DNA of 64,000 nucleotides, taken from positions 4,464,001 through 4,528,000 of the forward strand of contig NC_047075.1 of the NCBI RefSeq assembly GCF_902459465.1, in the 5' to 3' direction. Below the pieces are notes generated by a model that searched no databases, had not been told where the DNA came from, and saw nothing but the letters and a program-made list of their open reading frames with translations. Positions 1-11,957 of this stretch are shown here, piece after piece. Positions within the stretch are counted from its first letter, which is position 1. Each line of letters begins with the position of its first letter. Position numbers and translations under genes: made by a program. Source of the stretch: Asterias rubens (taxonomy: Eukaryota).

Positions 1-1670
1 GCTATTCACTGTAGTACCTTATCATCTTTTTCAAATGGGAGACTTGGCTCATTGCCGTATCAAATCAAGGGCTTTTTGCCTCTTGTTAACCAGGCAACTT
101 TTTAAGGACAAAAAATGGCGTAGTAAACAACATAAATTCTCCTGCCATACCACAGTTAATAACCAGGATGTACCTTTAAGTCGCATACATGGCATAGGGC
201 TAAACGGCACTGGACACTTTTGGTAATTACTCAAAGTAATTGTTAGCATAAAAACTTACTTAGTAACGAGCAATGGAGAGCTGTTGATAGTAAAACACAT
301 TGTGATAAACAGCTCCCTCTGAAGTAACGTAGTTTTTGTGAAAGACATAGTTTCTCACCCAAATAATATTTGAATTGAAACAAGACCTCAGCTGCGGTCT
401 CGAATTCAAGCATCTGAAAGCACACAGCTTACAGTGCAACAAGAGTTTTTTTCTTCCATTATTCTCACACAACTTCGACAACCAATTGATTTCAAATTTT
501 AACAGTTTTTTTATGCATGTTGAGATACACCAAGTGAGCAAGACAGATCGTTGACAATTACCACAGGTCTCCAGTACCTTTAACTGTTAAAGGAACACGT
601 TGCCTTGGATCGGACGAACTGGTCTATAAAAAGCGTTTGAAACCTTTTGTTATGAAATGCTAATGGTTAGAAAGATGTTTTAAAGTAGAATATATTGATC
701 TACAAAAGTATCACTCAAAATTGCACGTTTTTCATTATACGTCGCGAACTAACACGGTCGGCCATTTATGGGAGTCAAAAATTTGACTCCCATAAATGGC
801 TGACCGTGTTAGTCGACGAGGTAAAAAGAAAACCACGCAATTTCGAGGCATATTAATGCAGAGCATTGTATTCTACTTTTACAACATCTTTCTAACCATA
901 CCGATTTTATAACAAACGGTTACAGAATGCTTTTCAAGGACCAACTCGACCGATCCAAAGCAACGTGTTCCTGTAAGTGTTATATAGTAAGGCATATTGA
1001 TTGAATACAGTCCACACAATAATCTCAACCTGAAAGTCGGGCAGAACGAAAGCGGATACTATGCAAAAAGTTGACTCTTTTGTCACCATTATACATGTAC
1101 AATGTAGCTAACAGCAAACTCAAAGCTGTCTTGTATTTTAGGAAGTGCCCTGATGCTGAAGTAACGTAGGGCATTATACACGTACTTGTAAACCAGTTAA
1201 GTATTATATTGAAAATATTGATCGTGCAATTAACACAACCATCTCAACTTGAAGAAGCCGTCAGACCATTGTGATGGAAAAACCCTGCTCTACTGGAGTA
1301 CAATGAAAGGGCTAAACTATAGAAGCATTAGTGAAAAGGTTTTCAATAGGCAATTAGTCAGGAAATTATTACACCACAGGCGTAAGCAGAGCGGGAAGAG
1401 CAGAGCCAATGAAAACACGCTACAGATGATGATGGTGTATGTCTTCAAGCTTTTGTCTTGTGCCATTTTTCTTTCTTTTGCTCTCACTCTCTCATCGCTG
1501 TGAAATGCTGATGTCAATGGGTGGAGTTTAAAATTGGTTGCGACCGAAGATGTGGTTCATTTAATCCGTCTATGAAGAACCGTCAGTGTCAGGACATCTT
1601 TTCACAGTCAGTTAAAGGGGGAAAATTAACACAAAAAACATCTCTCTGATAGAATCCACGAACATTCATC

Positions 1671-2672
1671 ATGGAAGTTATGATGATCATAATCTTGGTT
1701 AAGACTTTGATGGTACAAACCTGCCAGGGTGAAAACCAACAACAGTTCAGCGAAACGTTTTACCTGGCTGAAAACCAAGCCTTACTGAATCATGTGTTTC
1801 AGTTGAAGACTGTATCTTCTCCTGTGATCTGTGGGCGAGACTGCTCTATGGATCCACAGTGTGCATCATTCAACTACCACATCATAAAAGGTATTTGTGA
1901 ATTGAATAATGCCAGCAGAGCCCACAGCCCTGATGACTTTGTTGAGATTCAAGGAAGTGCCTACTATGATGACAACTTGGACACTTTATCATTTTCACTA
2001 CCCAGCACTACCACTACAACAAGTTACAGTAGTTGTCTGGAGATGTACCAAGCTGGTTACAGCATCAATGGTTTATACACCATCTTTCCTTCAAGCGTGC
2101 CTGATGGGTTACAGGTTTACTGTGATATGGAGACAGATGGAGGAGGCTGGATCGTGTTCCAAAGGAGGCAAGATGGCTCTATTGACTTTGACCGTACCTG
2201 GGCTGATTACCAATCTGGGTTTGGTGATGATCTACAGAATGAGTTCTGGTTGGGGAATGATATCCTACGTGACCTTACTGGGTCAGGTCAATGGGAGCTC
2301 AGAGCAGATATGGAAGATTGGGAGTCCAACACAGCTTGGGCGTCCTATGGTGAGTTTGCTGTTACAGGAGCCAAGTACACTCTCCAGGTTGGTTCATATG
2401 ATGCTCAGAGTACAGCAGGTGATTCAATGGCAGTTAGTAATGGCCATTCATTCTCAACGGAGGATCAGGACAATGATGCGTGGTCTAATGTCAACTGTGC
2501 CAAGCGATATGATGGGGCCTGGTGGTTTAATACCTGCTTTCGTGCTCATCTGAACGGTAAATATTATCCAAGCCAAGATGTGACACAATCACATGGAATA
2601 CAATGGAAAGAGTGGAAAGGGAAATACTACTCCTTGAAGAAATGCAGCATGAAAATACGGCAAGTTTTGTAA
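1671..2672 (+). CDS. Secreted PAN/apple-like + fibrinogen C-terminal domain protein (FReD), copy 1; uninterrupted ORF
   Basis: 333-aa ORF. Hydrophobic N-terminus, then C-x3-C-x5-C-ASFNY...C-x-LN (PAN/apple-like), then FReD motifs VYCDMETDGGGWIVFQRR, EFWLGND, FSTEDQDND, GAWWFNTC, LNGKY, MKIR. Confidence 0.92.
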   Translation: MEVMMIIILVKTLMVQTCQGENQQQFSETFYLAENQALLNHVFQLKTVSSPVICGRDCSMDPQCASFNYHIIKGICELNNASRAHSPDDFVEIQGSAYYDDNLDTLSFSLPSTTTTTSYSSCLEMYQAGYSINGLYTIFPSSVPDGLQVYCDMETDGGGWIVFQRRQDGSIDFDRTWADYQSGFGDDLQNEFWLGNDILRDLTGSGQWELRADMEDWESNTAWASYGEFAVTGAKYTLQVGSYDAQSTAGDSMAVSNGHSFSTEDQDNDAWSNVNCAKRYDGAWWFNTCFRAHLNGKYYPSQDVTQSHGIQWKEWKGKYYSLKKCSMKIRQVL

Positions 2673-2932
2673 CTATCAACTCATTGACCGGGGACAGGCA
2701 ATTAAAATTGAATGACTGGAGTGGGGATTATTACTCCCTCAAGAAATGCAGCATGTTAATACTGAAAGAACATAAAAGTTAAACTCAAACAATTACCAAA
2801 GGGTTTTTGGAACATGAATTGAGTGACTTGTTGAACTGAAAACTTTGTTTTCATTGCTGTAAGAAATGCCCCCAGACCCTCCATTTGAACAAAGGGACCG
2901 ACAACGCATCAATGGTAGGGTTTTTAATAACA

Positions 2933-3302
2933 TTAAAGGCAGTGGACACTATTGTTATTACTCAAAATAATTATCAGTATAAAAACTCACTTGGTAACGA
3001 GTAATGGGGAGAGGTTGATAGTATAGTGAGAAACAGCTCCCTCTGAAGTGCAAAGTTTTTGAGAAAGAAGTAATTTTCCAAGAATTTGATTTCATTTAGA
3101 ATTTGAGGTCTCGAAATCAAGAATCTAAAAGCACACAACTTCGTGTGACAAGGCTGTTTTTTTTTCTTCTTTCATAGTTATCTCGCAACTTCAACGACCA
3201 ATTGAGCTCAAGTTTTCACAGGTTTGTTATTTTATGCATGTTGATACACCAAGTGAGAAGACTGGTCTTTGACAATTTACTAATAGTGTCCACTGTCTTT
3301 AA
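2933..3302. mobile_element. TTAA-target MITE family A (Kolobok/piggyBac-like ends), representative copy
   Basis: ttaa-aggcagtggacact ... agtgtccactgtct-ttaa. Related copies at about 201-583, 14940-15331, 22462-22818, 32790-33140, 48375-48760 and 50922-51309. Confidence 0.8.
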
Positions 3303-4122
3303 CATTAACAAGAAAAACAAAAGCCAAAAACCCCCAAATAGCTCATTGCCGAAGCAAATCAAGGTCTATTTGGCAATGGTTGAGAACCAGGAACTTATGA
3401 ATTTTGAGAAAAAATAAGCAGTGGTCTAGCTTATATAGCACTGCTGTAGAATCTCAAAGGTTCTTGGTTTGAATCCCGTCTGAGTATGCATGTAATGTTT
3501 GTTCACAGAACACGGGAAAGTAATCAAGTACACAGTGCTACACATTTAGTGTATCCCGTGCAATTAACACACCATTTCAACTTGAAGGTCATCAGGCCAT
3601 TGTGATGGAAAATACCCTGGAAAGGGAGTACAATGGAAAGCCTTAAATTAGAGAAACAGTACTAAAAATGTTTTCAATAGGCAATTAGTCTGAACAAATA
3701 TAACACTACAGGAGTAAGCAAAAAATCATGAGCGAGGAGAGCACAACCAATCAAAACCCACTACAGATGATGATTGTGTCTTGTGCGTTTTTTTAATGTC
3801 TTTTTCAAGAAGAGCACAGCCAATCAAAACCTGCCACAAATGATGCTGGCGTTTGTCTCCATGCTTTTGGTTTGTGTGGTTTTGTTTTTCTATCTTGTTC
3901 TCACTCTCTCTCTCACTGCTGAGGAAACGCCAATGGGTGGAGCTTCTGCATTAAAAATAGCTGCAAACCAAAGATTTGGTTCATTTGATTCGTTTGTGTT
4001 AACGAGTAACTGTTAGGGTAGGGACAACTCTTGATCGAACTCTTCACCGATGGTTAGGGGAGAAAATAAACACCAAATATTCTCTCTGATAGAATCCAAA
4101 AACATTCATAAGGGAAAATAAG

Positions 4123-5097
4123 ATGATCACAATCTTCGTTCTGATTTTGATGGTACAAACCTGCCTAGGAGAAAACCAAAAACGTTTCATCGAAACCTTC
4201 TACTTGGCTGAAAACCGTGCCTTACTGAATCATGTGTTTGAGTGGAAGACTGTATCTTCTCCTGTGATCTGTGGGCGAGACTGCTCTATGGATCCACAGT
4301 GTGCATCATTCAACTATCACATCATAAGAGGTATTTGTGTGTTGAATAATGCAAGAAGAGATCACAGTCCCGATGAGTTTGTTCAGATTCAAGGGAGTGC
4401 CTACTATGATGACAACTTGGACGCTTTGTCATTTTCACTGCCCAGCACTATGAATTACAGTGGTTGTTTGGATTTGTATCAAGCTGGTTACCGCAGCAAT
4501 GGTTTATACACCATCTTTCCTACAAGTCGGACTGACGGGTTACAGGTTTACTGTGATATGGAGACAGATGGAGGAGGCTGGATCGTGTTCCAGAGGAGAC
4601 AAGATGGCTCTGGTGACTTTTACCGTGCCTGGGCTGAATACCAATCTGGTTTTGGTGACCTACAGAATGAGTTCTGGCTGGGGAATGATATCCTGCGTGA
4701 CCTTACTGGGTCAGGTCAATGGCAACTCAGAGTAGATATTGAAGATTGGCAGTCCAACACAACTTGGGCTTCTTATGGTGAGTTTGCTGTTACAGGTGAC
4801 AAGTACACTCTCCAGGTTGGTTCATATGATGCTCAGAGTCCAGCAGGTGATTCAATGGCACACCATAATGGCCATTCATTCACAACGAAAGATCAAGACA
4901 ATGATGCAAAATCTTTTAACTGTGCCGAGCAATGGGAAGGTGCCTGGTGGTATAATTACTGCTTTCGTGCTAACCTTAACGGTAAATACTATCCACAGGG
5001 ACATGTGCCATTTGGACATGGAATACAATGGGTCATACGGAAAGGATATGAATACTCCCACAAAAAAAGCAGCATGAAAATACGGCAAGTTTTGTAA
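4123..5097 (+). CDS. Secreted PAN/apple-like + fibrinogen C-terminal domain protein, copy 2; uninterrupted ORF
   Basis: 324-aa ORF collinear with copy 1, same motifs. Confidence 0.92.
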   Translation: MITIFVLILMVQTCLGENQKRFIETFYLAENRALLNHVFEWKTVSSPVICGRDCSMDPQCASFNYHIIRGICVLNNARRDHSPDEFVQIQGSAYYDDNLDALSFSLPSTMNYSGCLDLYQAGYRSNGLYTIFPTSRTDGLQVYCDMETDGGGWIVFQRRQDGSGDFYRAWAEYQSGFGDLQNEFWLGNDILRDLTGSGQWQLRVDIEDWQSNTTWASYGEFAVTGDKYTLQVGSYDAQSPAGDSMAHHNGHSFTTKDQDNDAKSFNCAEQWEGAWWYNYCFRANLNGKYYPQGHVPFGHGIQWVIRKGYEYSHKKSSMKIRQVL

Positions 5098-6481
5098 CTA
5101 TCACCTCATTAAACAGGTACAGAAAATAAAACAGAATGACCGGAGTGGGGATTATTCCCTCAAGAAAGCTGGCATGGAAATACGGCAAGTAATCTATCTC
5201 AAACTCATACCCGAGGGTTGTTGGAACGAGAATTGACTGACTTGTTGCACTGGACAGGTTATTTTCTTTGCTGTAAGAAATGCCAAGAGACTATCCATAT
5301 GGACACAGCTGAGATCAACAACACCAACGGTAGGGTTTTTAATCACGTTCACATTATCAATTAATTTATTAAAGGAACAGAAAAAAAGAAAATGCAAAAT
5401 GCTAAAAATAAAAACCAAAAACTCATTGCCGTATCAAATCAAGGGCTATTTGGCTCTGGTTCAATAGGGAATGAATTTTTTTGCAGAAAAAGGTGAAAAC
5501 CAAAAATTATGGCGGAGTATTAACAACTTTTCAGTACAAACATGCTTCAAAATATAGGCTCCTGCCACACTACAGTTAATAACGAGAACCTACATACAGA
5601 TATGGCTTAAGTGTTATCGTAAGTATTGATTGTACGATCCACACCACCACCTCAACTTGAAGGTCTGGCCACTGGAAAGCACTCTTTTTACTCTCAATTG
5701 AGCTGTCGGTAAATTCAAAGTCTTCTTAGTATTTTAGGAAGCCCCTTAATTGCCAAAACGTTAGTACACTGAGATTGCGTTGGGCTTAACTGTCAAGTAT
5801 TATATCGTACATATTGGTTGTACGGTCCACACGACCATCTCAACCTGACCCCTGCACTCTTTTTTCTCTCCATTGAGCTGCCGGTAAATTCAAAGTCTTC
5901 TTAGTATTTTAGGAAGTCCTTTAATTGTGAAAACGTTGCCCACACTGAAATCGCATTGGGCTTACCCTTCTAGTATTATTTAGTAGTAATGAGTGTATTG
6001 TCCAAAGGACAATCTCAACTTGAAGGGCTGGCCATTGTGATTGAAAATACTCTGCCAGCGCCAGGAAATGGAGTACAATGGAAGGGCTTATATTATAGAA
6101 ACGTTACTGCTAAGGTTTTCAATTGGCGAGTGTAAACCATTAAAAAAAAAAAAAAAAAAAATTAAAGACGTAAGGAAATAATCTTGAGCGAGAAGAGCAC
6201 AGCCAATCAAAACCTGCCACAAATGATGCTGGCGGTTGTCTCATAGCTTTTGGTTTGTGTGGTGTTCTTTTTCTTCCTTTGTTTCTCCCTCAATGCTGTG
6301 TATCAGTGATGTCAATGGGTGGGTCTTACTGCGTTAAAATAGGTTGCAACCAAAGATTTGGTTCATTTGATTTGTCTGTGTCAAAGAGTAACTGTCAGTG
6401 TCAGGACAACTTTCCAGCAAAAGTAAGGGGAAAAATATTACCCAATATTTTCTCTCTGATAGAGTCCATTGAACACTCAAC

Positions 6482-7456
6482 ATGGAAGTTATGATCATAA
6501 TCTTTGTTCTGATTTTGATGGTAAAATCCTGCCAGGGTGTTAACCAACGGATGATCGGAATGTTCTACTTGGCTGAAAACCGAGCCTTACTGAATCATGT
6601 GTTTGAGTGGAAGACTGTATCTTCTCCTGTGATATGTGGGAGAGACTGCTCTATGGATCCACAGTGTGCATCATTCAACTATCACATCACAAGAGGTAGT
6701 TGCGAGTTGAATAATGCCAGCAGAGCTCACAGCCCTGATGACTTTGTTGCAATTCAAGGGAGTGCCTACTATGATGTCAACTTGGATACTTCTTTATTTT
6801 CACTACCCGGCACTAGTAGTTGTCTGGAGTTATATCAAGCTGGTTACCGCATCAATGGTTTATACACCATCTTTCCTACAAGTCTTACTGGTGGGTTACA
6901 GGTTTACTGTGATATGGAGACAGATGGAGGAGGCTGGATCGTGTTCCAGAGGAGACAAGATGGCTCTGGTGACTTTTACCGTACCTGGGCTGAATACCAA
7001 TCTGGGTTTGGTGATCTGCAGAATGAGTTCTGGTTGGGGAATGATATCCTGCGTGACCTTACTGGATCGGGTCAATGGCAGCTCAGTGTAGATATGGAAG
7101 ATTGGCAGTCCAACACATCTTGGGCTTCTTATGGTGAGTTTGCTGTTACAGGTGACAAGTACACTCTCCAGGTTGGTTCATATGATGCTCAGAGTCCAGC
7201 AGGTGATTCAATGGCATGGCATGATGGCCAATCATTCTCAACAAAGGATCAGGACAATGATGCAAGGTCTGATTACAATTGTGCCGAGGGATATGAAGGT
7301 GCCTGGTGGTTTAATCGCTGTTTTCAAGCTCATCTGAACGGTAAATACTATCCACAGGGAGAGGTGTCATTTGCACAGGGAATACAATGGGAAGCGTGGA
7401 AAGGATATTACTACTCCCTGAAGAAATGCAGCATGAAAATACGGCAAGTTTTGTAA
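6482..7456 (+). CDS. Secreted PAN/apple-like + fibrinogen C-terminal domain protein, copy 3; uninterrupted ORF
   Basis: 324-aa ORF collinear with copies 1 and 2, same motifs. Confidence 0.92.
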   Translation: MEVMIIIFVLILMVKSCQGVNQRMIGMFYLAENRALLNHVFEWKTVSSPVICGRDCSMDPQCASFNYHITRGSCELNNASRAHSPDDFVAIQGSAYYDVNLDTSLFSLPGTSSCLELYQAGYRINGLYTIFPTSLTGGLQVYCDMETDGGGWIVFQRRQDGSGDFYRTWAEYQSGFGDLQNEFWLGNDILRDLTGSGQWQLSVDMEDWQSNTSWASYGEFAVTGDKYTLQVGSYDAQSPAGDSMAWHDGQSFSTKDQDNDARSDYNCAEGYEGAWWFNRCFQAHLNGKYYPQGEVSFAQGIQWEAWKGYYYSLKKCSMKIRQVL

Positions 7457-8609
7457 CTATCAACTCATTGAACAGGTACAGGGAATAAGATGGAACAACT
7501 GGAGTGGGGATTATTACAAATTGCATCATGAAAACACGGCAAGTTTTTTCGAATTCAAACTCTTACCAAGGCCATGGTTTATGGGACATGAAGTGATTGA
7601 CTTGTTGAACTGGAAAGGTTATTTTCTTCGCTGTAACTAAGAACATGAAGAATGCCTGAGACTCTCCATTTGAGCACAGAGATCAAGAACACATCAACGG
7701 TAGGCCCTTTTAACCTTGTTAACGCTATCAATGTTTTAAAAAAGGAAGAAAAGAAAGGTAAACAAAAACTACAACAAAAACAATTTCCAATAAATTCTAG
7801 TAAAAAGATCAACTAAAAATTCAATTTTAATGAGAAGGCTCAAATTTCTTTGACAAAGGGACTGCCGACTGTTTGTTGGTGGACATTACGAAAACATTCA
7901 CAACATTCACAGCGGTAAAGTTGATTTCCATTCAGTATACAAACATCGGAAATATGAAATCAGATATTAGATACCGACTGTTTGACTATTGCAGTGAGAT
8001 GAAAAATTATTGTTTTATTGTAGAATATTCTTTACTAGAATTTGTCATTTGACATTTTATGAAAGTAACATTTACAATCTCATTTCGTCCAGCATTGTTT
8101 AACCAAACGATTGATGGCGATAACCAGCTAAGTTTGTTGGTAAAGAAATAATTTCAAAGATCAGCCAAATTGTTTACTGAAATAATCAAGGTGTGTTTTT
8201 AAATGTACAGAGCAGAAGTTAAAATTGTGACCTGGAAATTCAAAACTTTTTTTTGTCGGAAGGAAATAGAATCGCACAACTAGGCCTATTACAAAATGTT
8301 TAACAGAGTGTTTAAGAAAAGATTTTTTGAAATGGTATTTTCTCTTTTTATTCTATTGTGATTATAGCTGCACACATGCTGTTGGATAGTAGAATTACAT
8401 GGCACGTGAACTGATTATATTGATATAATAAGTGATCCAAGTCATTTGTATTTGTAGGACTTAGAATTTAACTAGTGACATTTTCAAACTTGCCAAATAT
8501 TGTGAAATGCTGAGAAGAGATGTAAAAATCAGATTGTCGTACCACAACTTTCCACACTGCTTCGTGTGGGGGAAGAGTCCAGAGATTTGACCATGGATCA
8601 AGAACCTCA

Positions 8610-8653
8610 GTCTCCTGACGATGACTAGAGCAAGCTAGTCGAAACATTGAGAC
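8610..8653 (+). ncRNA. Minimal type I hammerhead ribozyme motif in a Penelope-like repeat
   Basis: gtctc-CTGACGA-t-gactag(agcaag)ctagtc-GAAAC-att-gagac: core boxes, 6-bp stem II, 5-bp stem I. Stem III carries a mismatch. Confidence 0.6.
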
Positions 8654-11201
8654 CAATTCAGAACTGACTCTGCGGCAGTACAGTTAATTACGATCCTATA
8701 AGCTACAGTAGTAGTCCAGTCTAATTTCTATACCATCCGCCCTGGTAATAGTTAAAAAGCAGGACAGTTCATTACAGAACTGAGAAGTCTCCCGAACCTC
8801 CGATTATCTACTCCACGGCAGTAGAATAAAGCAAGACAGTTCCCTAAGAACAACTCTACCTGGCAAGTAGATACACACATGGTGTTACCGCAAACCAAAT
8901 ATACATTGATACCTCACCATGCAATGCCTCAAATCCTATATATGATCAAGAATCTATCAAACCTTTGATTATGTAGAGGCATTAGTTCCTGTAAGACCAA
9001 GTGTGAAAGTACAGTAAACAGTTGACAATCTGATTTTGTTTTAAAAGCATTGTTTAACCATCGGGTGAAACCAAAAAGCCAGCTGAATTTTGAGTTAAAG
9101 AAATTGTTTCTAAGAAATCATTGCAAAGATTGGTGTACATAGCAACATTAGTTACTGAAATAATCAAAATTAATATGTGTTTAAATAATTAACGAGGCGG
9201 AAGTCAACTTTGTGGACAGGATGTCAAAAGGCATGTGTTCTATCTGATGTCAAAACCATATCAGAAATGTTCAACTGAGAGTTTAAGAAAAGACTTTTTA
9301 ATGATATATTATTCTCTTTTTAATTAAAATTGTTTTCTTAATCTTTAAGTGTGTAAACCTTAAATTAGTGATATGAAAATCACCTTTAGTGCTATTTAGA
9401 CATTGGCTTAAATCCAGGGCCAATTTAAGAACAAAGCTATCAAGTCAAACGTATGGACTAGAAATCTATATAAAAAAACGTTTTCACCTATATTATCTTG
9501 ATGGGAAAAAGTGTATCAGATGTTCAACAGAGTAATTTCAAAGGAGGAATTTTCAAAAGTGTGTTTGCTACTTTTAATTAATTGAATTGTCTTAATTTTA
9601 ATTTATTTAAAGCTAGAATTTGTGATTTAAAGAAAAAGAATAACTTTTTGTATGACTATACAAAAATTCATACTTATCCAGGGTCAATTTCAGAACAATG
9701 AAAACCAATTAAGCTTTTATGATCCATGCCGCAACAAAGTTTCATGACCAAACGGCCTAAGCATCAAACTAAAATCATAATGATTATGTATGTCCTCAGA
9801 GTTTGGGTTTGAATCCCTGACATGTTATTTGTATTCTTTGCCAAGACACTTAACATTAATTGTTCCTCTTCACCAGGAGTATATTGGTACCTGTGAGTGT
9901 GGCCAATGTACATGTTGTGTGAATAATTAGCAACTTGGGCAACAATTTGTCAACAGTCTGAGAGAAATACTTGCAAAGATCAGTAGATCAGCAAAATTAT
10001 GAACTGAAATAGGCTAATCACTGTGTTTTTAAATATTTTGAGAAGCAGTTTGTGGACTGGAAAGTCAAAACAGTTATTGTTTTTACCTGGTTGACAAAAA
10101 CAATATCAGAAATGTTCAAAATTCCTGAGTGTTTAAGAAAAGACTTTTTGAAAGCACATATTATTCTCCTTTTATTTTACCTTAATTTTATCTGTATTAA
10201 TGCTGTTTATGTTATGTAAACCTTAGTTGAGTGAATAAAACAAAAACATTTTTTTAATTGACATACGTAACTGTCACCTGTACCTGTGAGTGTGGACCTT
10301 GTTAACATTGTTGTGAATGATTAATGGCAACATGTGTGCCCATTGGGATGCTGGTGCTGCATACTCCACAGGAGTTGAGATGGGTCAAGGAATGCCAAAG
10401 GCCCAAAAGAGGTGCCAATAACCAAGGCATTCCTTGGGTGAGATTCAAACCCACAACCCCTTGGGTCCATGGGATAAAACCCCCAATAGCCAATATTCAT
10501 CTTACACGTATATTTATCCCATTTTGTGACAAGGAATTCCAGAAAATGTATAGGGCTACCGCGGTTTGGTTAAGTGTGTTAAAGTATACATGTAAGATAA
10601 ATTTATTGCTCTACTAGTCCTGCCTCATATAGTCGCTACTTATAGTCGCTACACCTACATGTACATGTAGTCCCAACTAATTTTTAATTTAAATTCTCAA
10701 GATGCATTGCGGCATACATTGTACTCTTTGCCACAGGCGCAAAATAGTAAAATTCACAAGGAAAGGAATGGGTCAAGGCTGATGTCTGATTGTGATGGTG
10801 TGAATAGTCATGAGAAACACAATTGGTTCACCAAGCAGGAAGTCACGAAAATTTTTGGATTAGTCATGGCGGCATGATTATTCAAGTAGTTGAACAACGG
10901 TTTGTAGTTGCAGTTCGACTAAGTATTAGTTTTGACTTTGACACTAGCCACACAAGTCGCCCAGGCTAAGTGTTAAGCACTGCCCAGAACCTTCCCTGAG
11001 TCCTGTGAACAAAAATCCATATTATTCGGGTGGGATTCAAACCCACGGACTACATGTATGCCACTTCTAGAGCAGTTTTCATACCAATGGATTAGTATAA
11101 TGCAGGTTTTGATTTCACAAAGCACATTCAGAGTTATCAATGAACTAGCCAATGAATTTGTTTTAATTGCTAAGGGCAATTACAAATTGGAGTAAAACCA
11201 T

Positions 11202-11797
11202 TAGGCCTGGGCGAATTATTCAAATATCCGGTTAATGGCGAATAGGTTTTCCTATCCGTAACCGCGAATGCCTTTTTTTTCTTAACCGGATATCCGCATA
11301 GGGCGCAAATAGCTGTTTATAAACCGGATAGTTCTGTAATTACGACCAAGTAACCGGATATTCTTAAATATAATTACCGAATATCCGCGGACGTCGGGCG
11401 ACAACTGATAGGAATGTTTTGTCTGAATCCTTATGAAACTTGTATTAAGACAGCATAAACAGCATAAATTAAGTATTTAACTATGCTCACCTCCGTGAAG
11501 AGTTAAAACAATGAAATTTCTGACGCAATTTGTTCAAAGATTACGAAAGTTTTCCTTCACGTAGAGTCAATCACGATCAAAAGAAAAAGCATCCGGTTAT
11601 TTTTATGAATGAACCGAGTGACACTGTCTAAATTTAATCAATCCGCCCATAAGATCTCATTCACAGCGCCATCTAGCGGAATATGTATCTTTAAAGCGCC
11701 CTATAGCGGCGAAAAAAACTATTCGAATATTCGGTTAATTTCGGATAGTTGGCCAGCGGTATCCGAATAACAATATTTCACTATTCGCCCAGCACTA
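11202..11797. mobile_element. Non-autonomous hAT-type MITE
   Basis: TIRs taggcctgggcgaat / attcgcccagcacta; perfect 8-bp TSD aaaaccat. Confidence 0.85.
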
Positions 11798-11957
11798 AAA
11801 ACCATGTAACAAAAAAACAAACAAAAATAAAAACAAGTAAAAAATAAAGCAATTTAGTGATAATATTGACTGTTTAGCAAAGAATGAATCTTTAGTACTT
11901 CGTGAAATCAAGCCCTTGTTAATTTATAAAAGACAATGAGGACTTAGTTCAACTCAC

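Noticed and set aside
1909-2553. 214-aa ORF overlapping FReD copy 1, with similar ones in copies 2 and 3
   Set aside because: Shifted frame of the FReD genes, broken at different points in each paralog.
10324-10617. 97-aa ORF
   Set aside because: Lies in SINE-like repeat sequence, with no splice or motif support.
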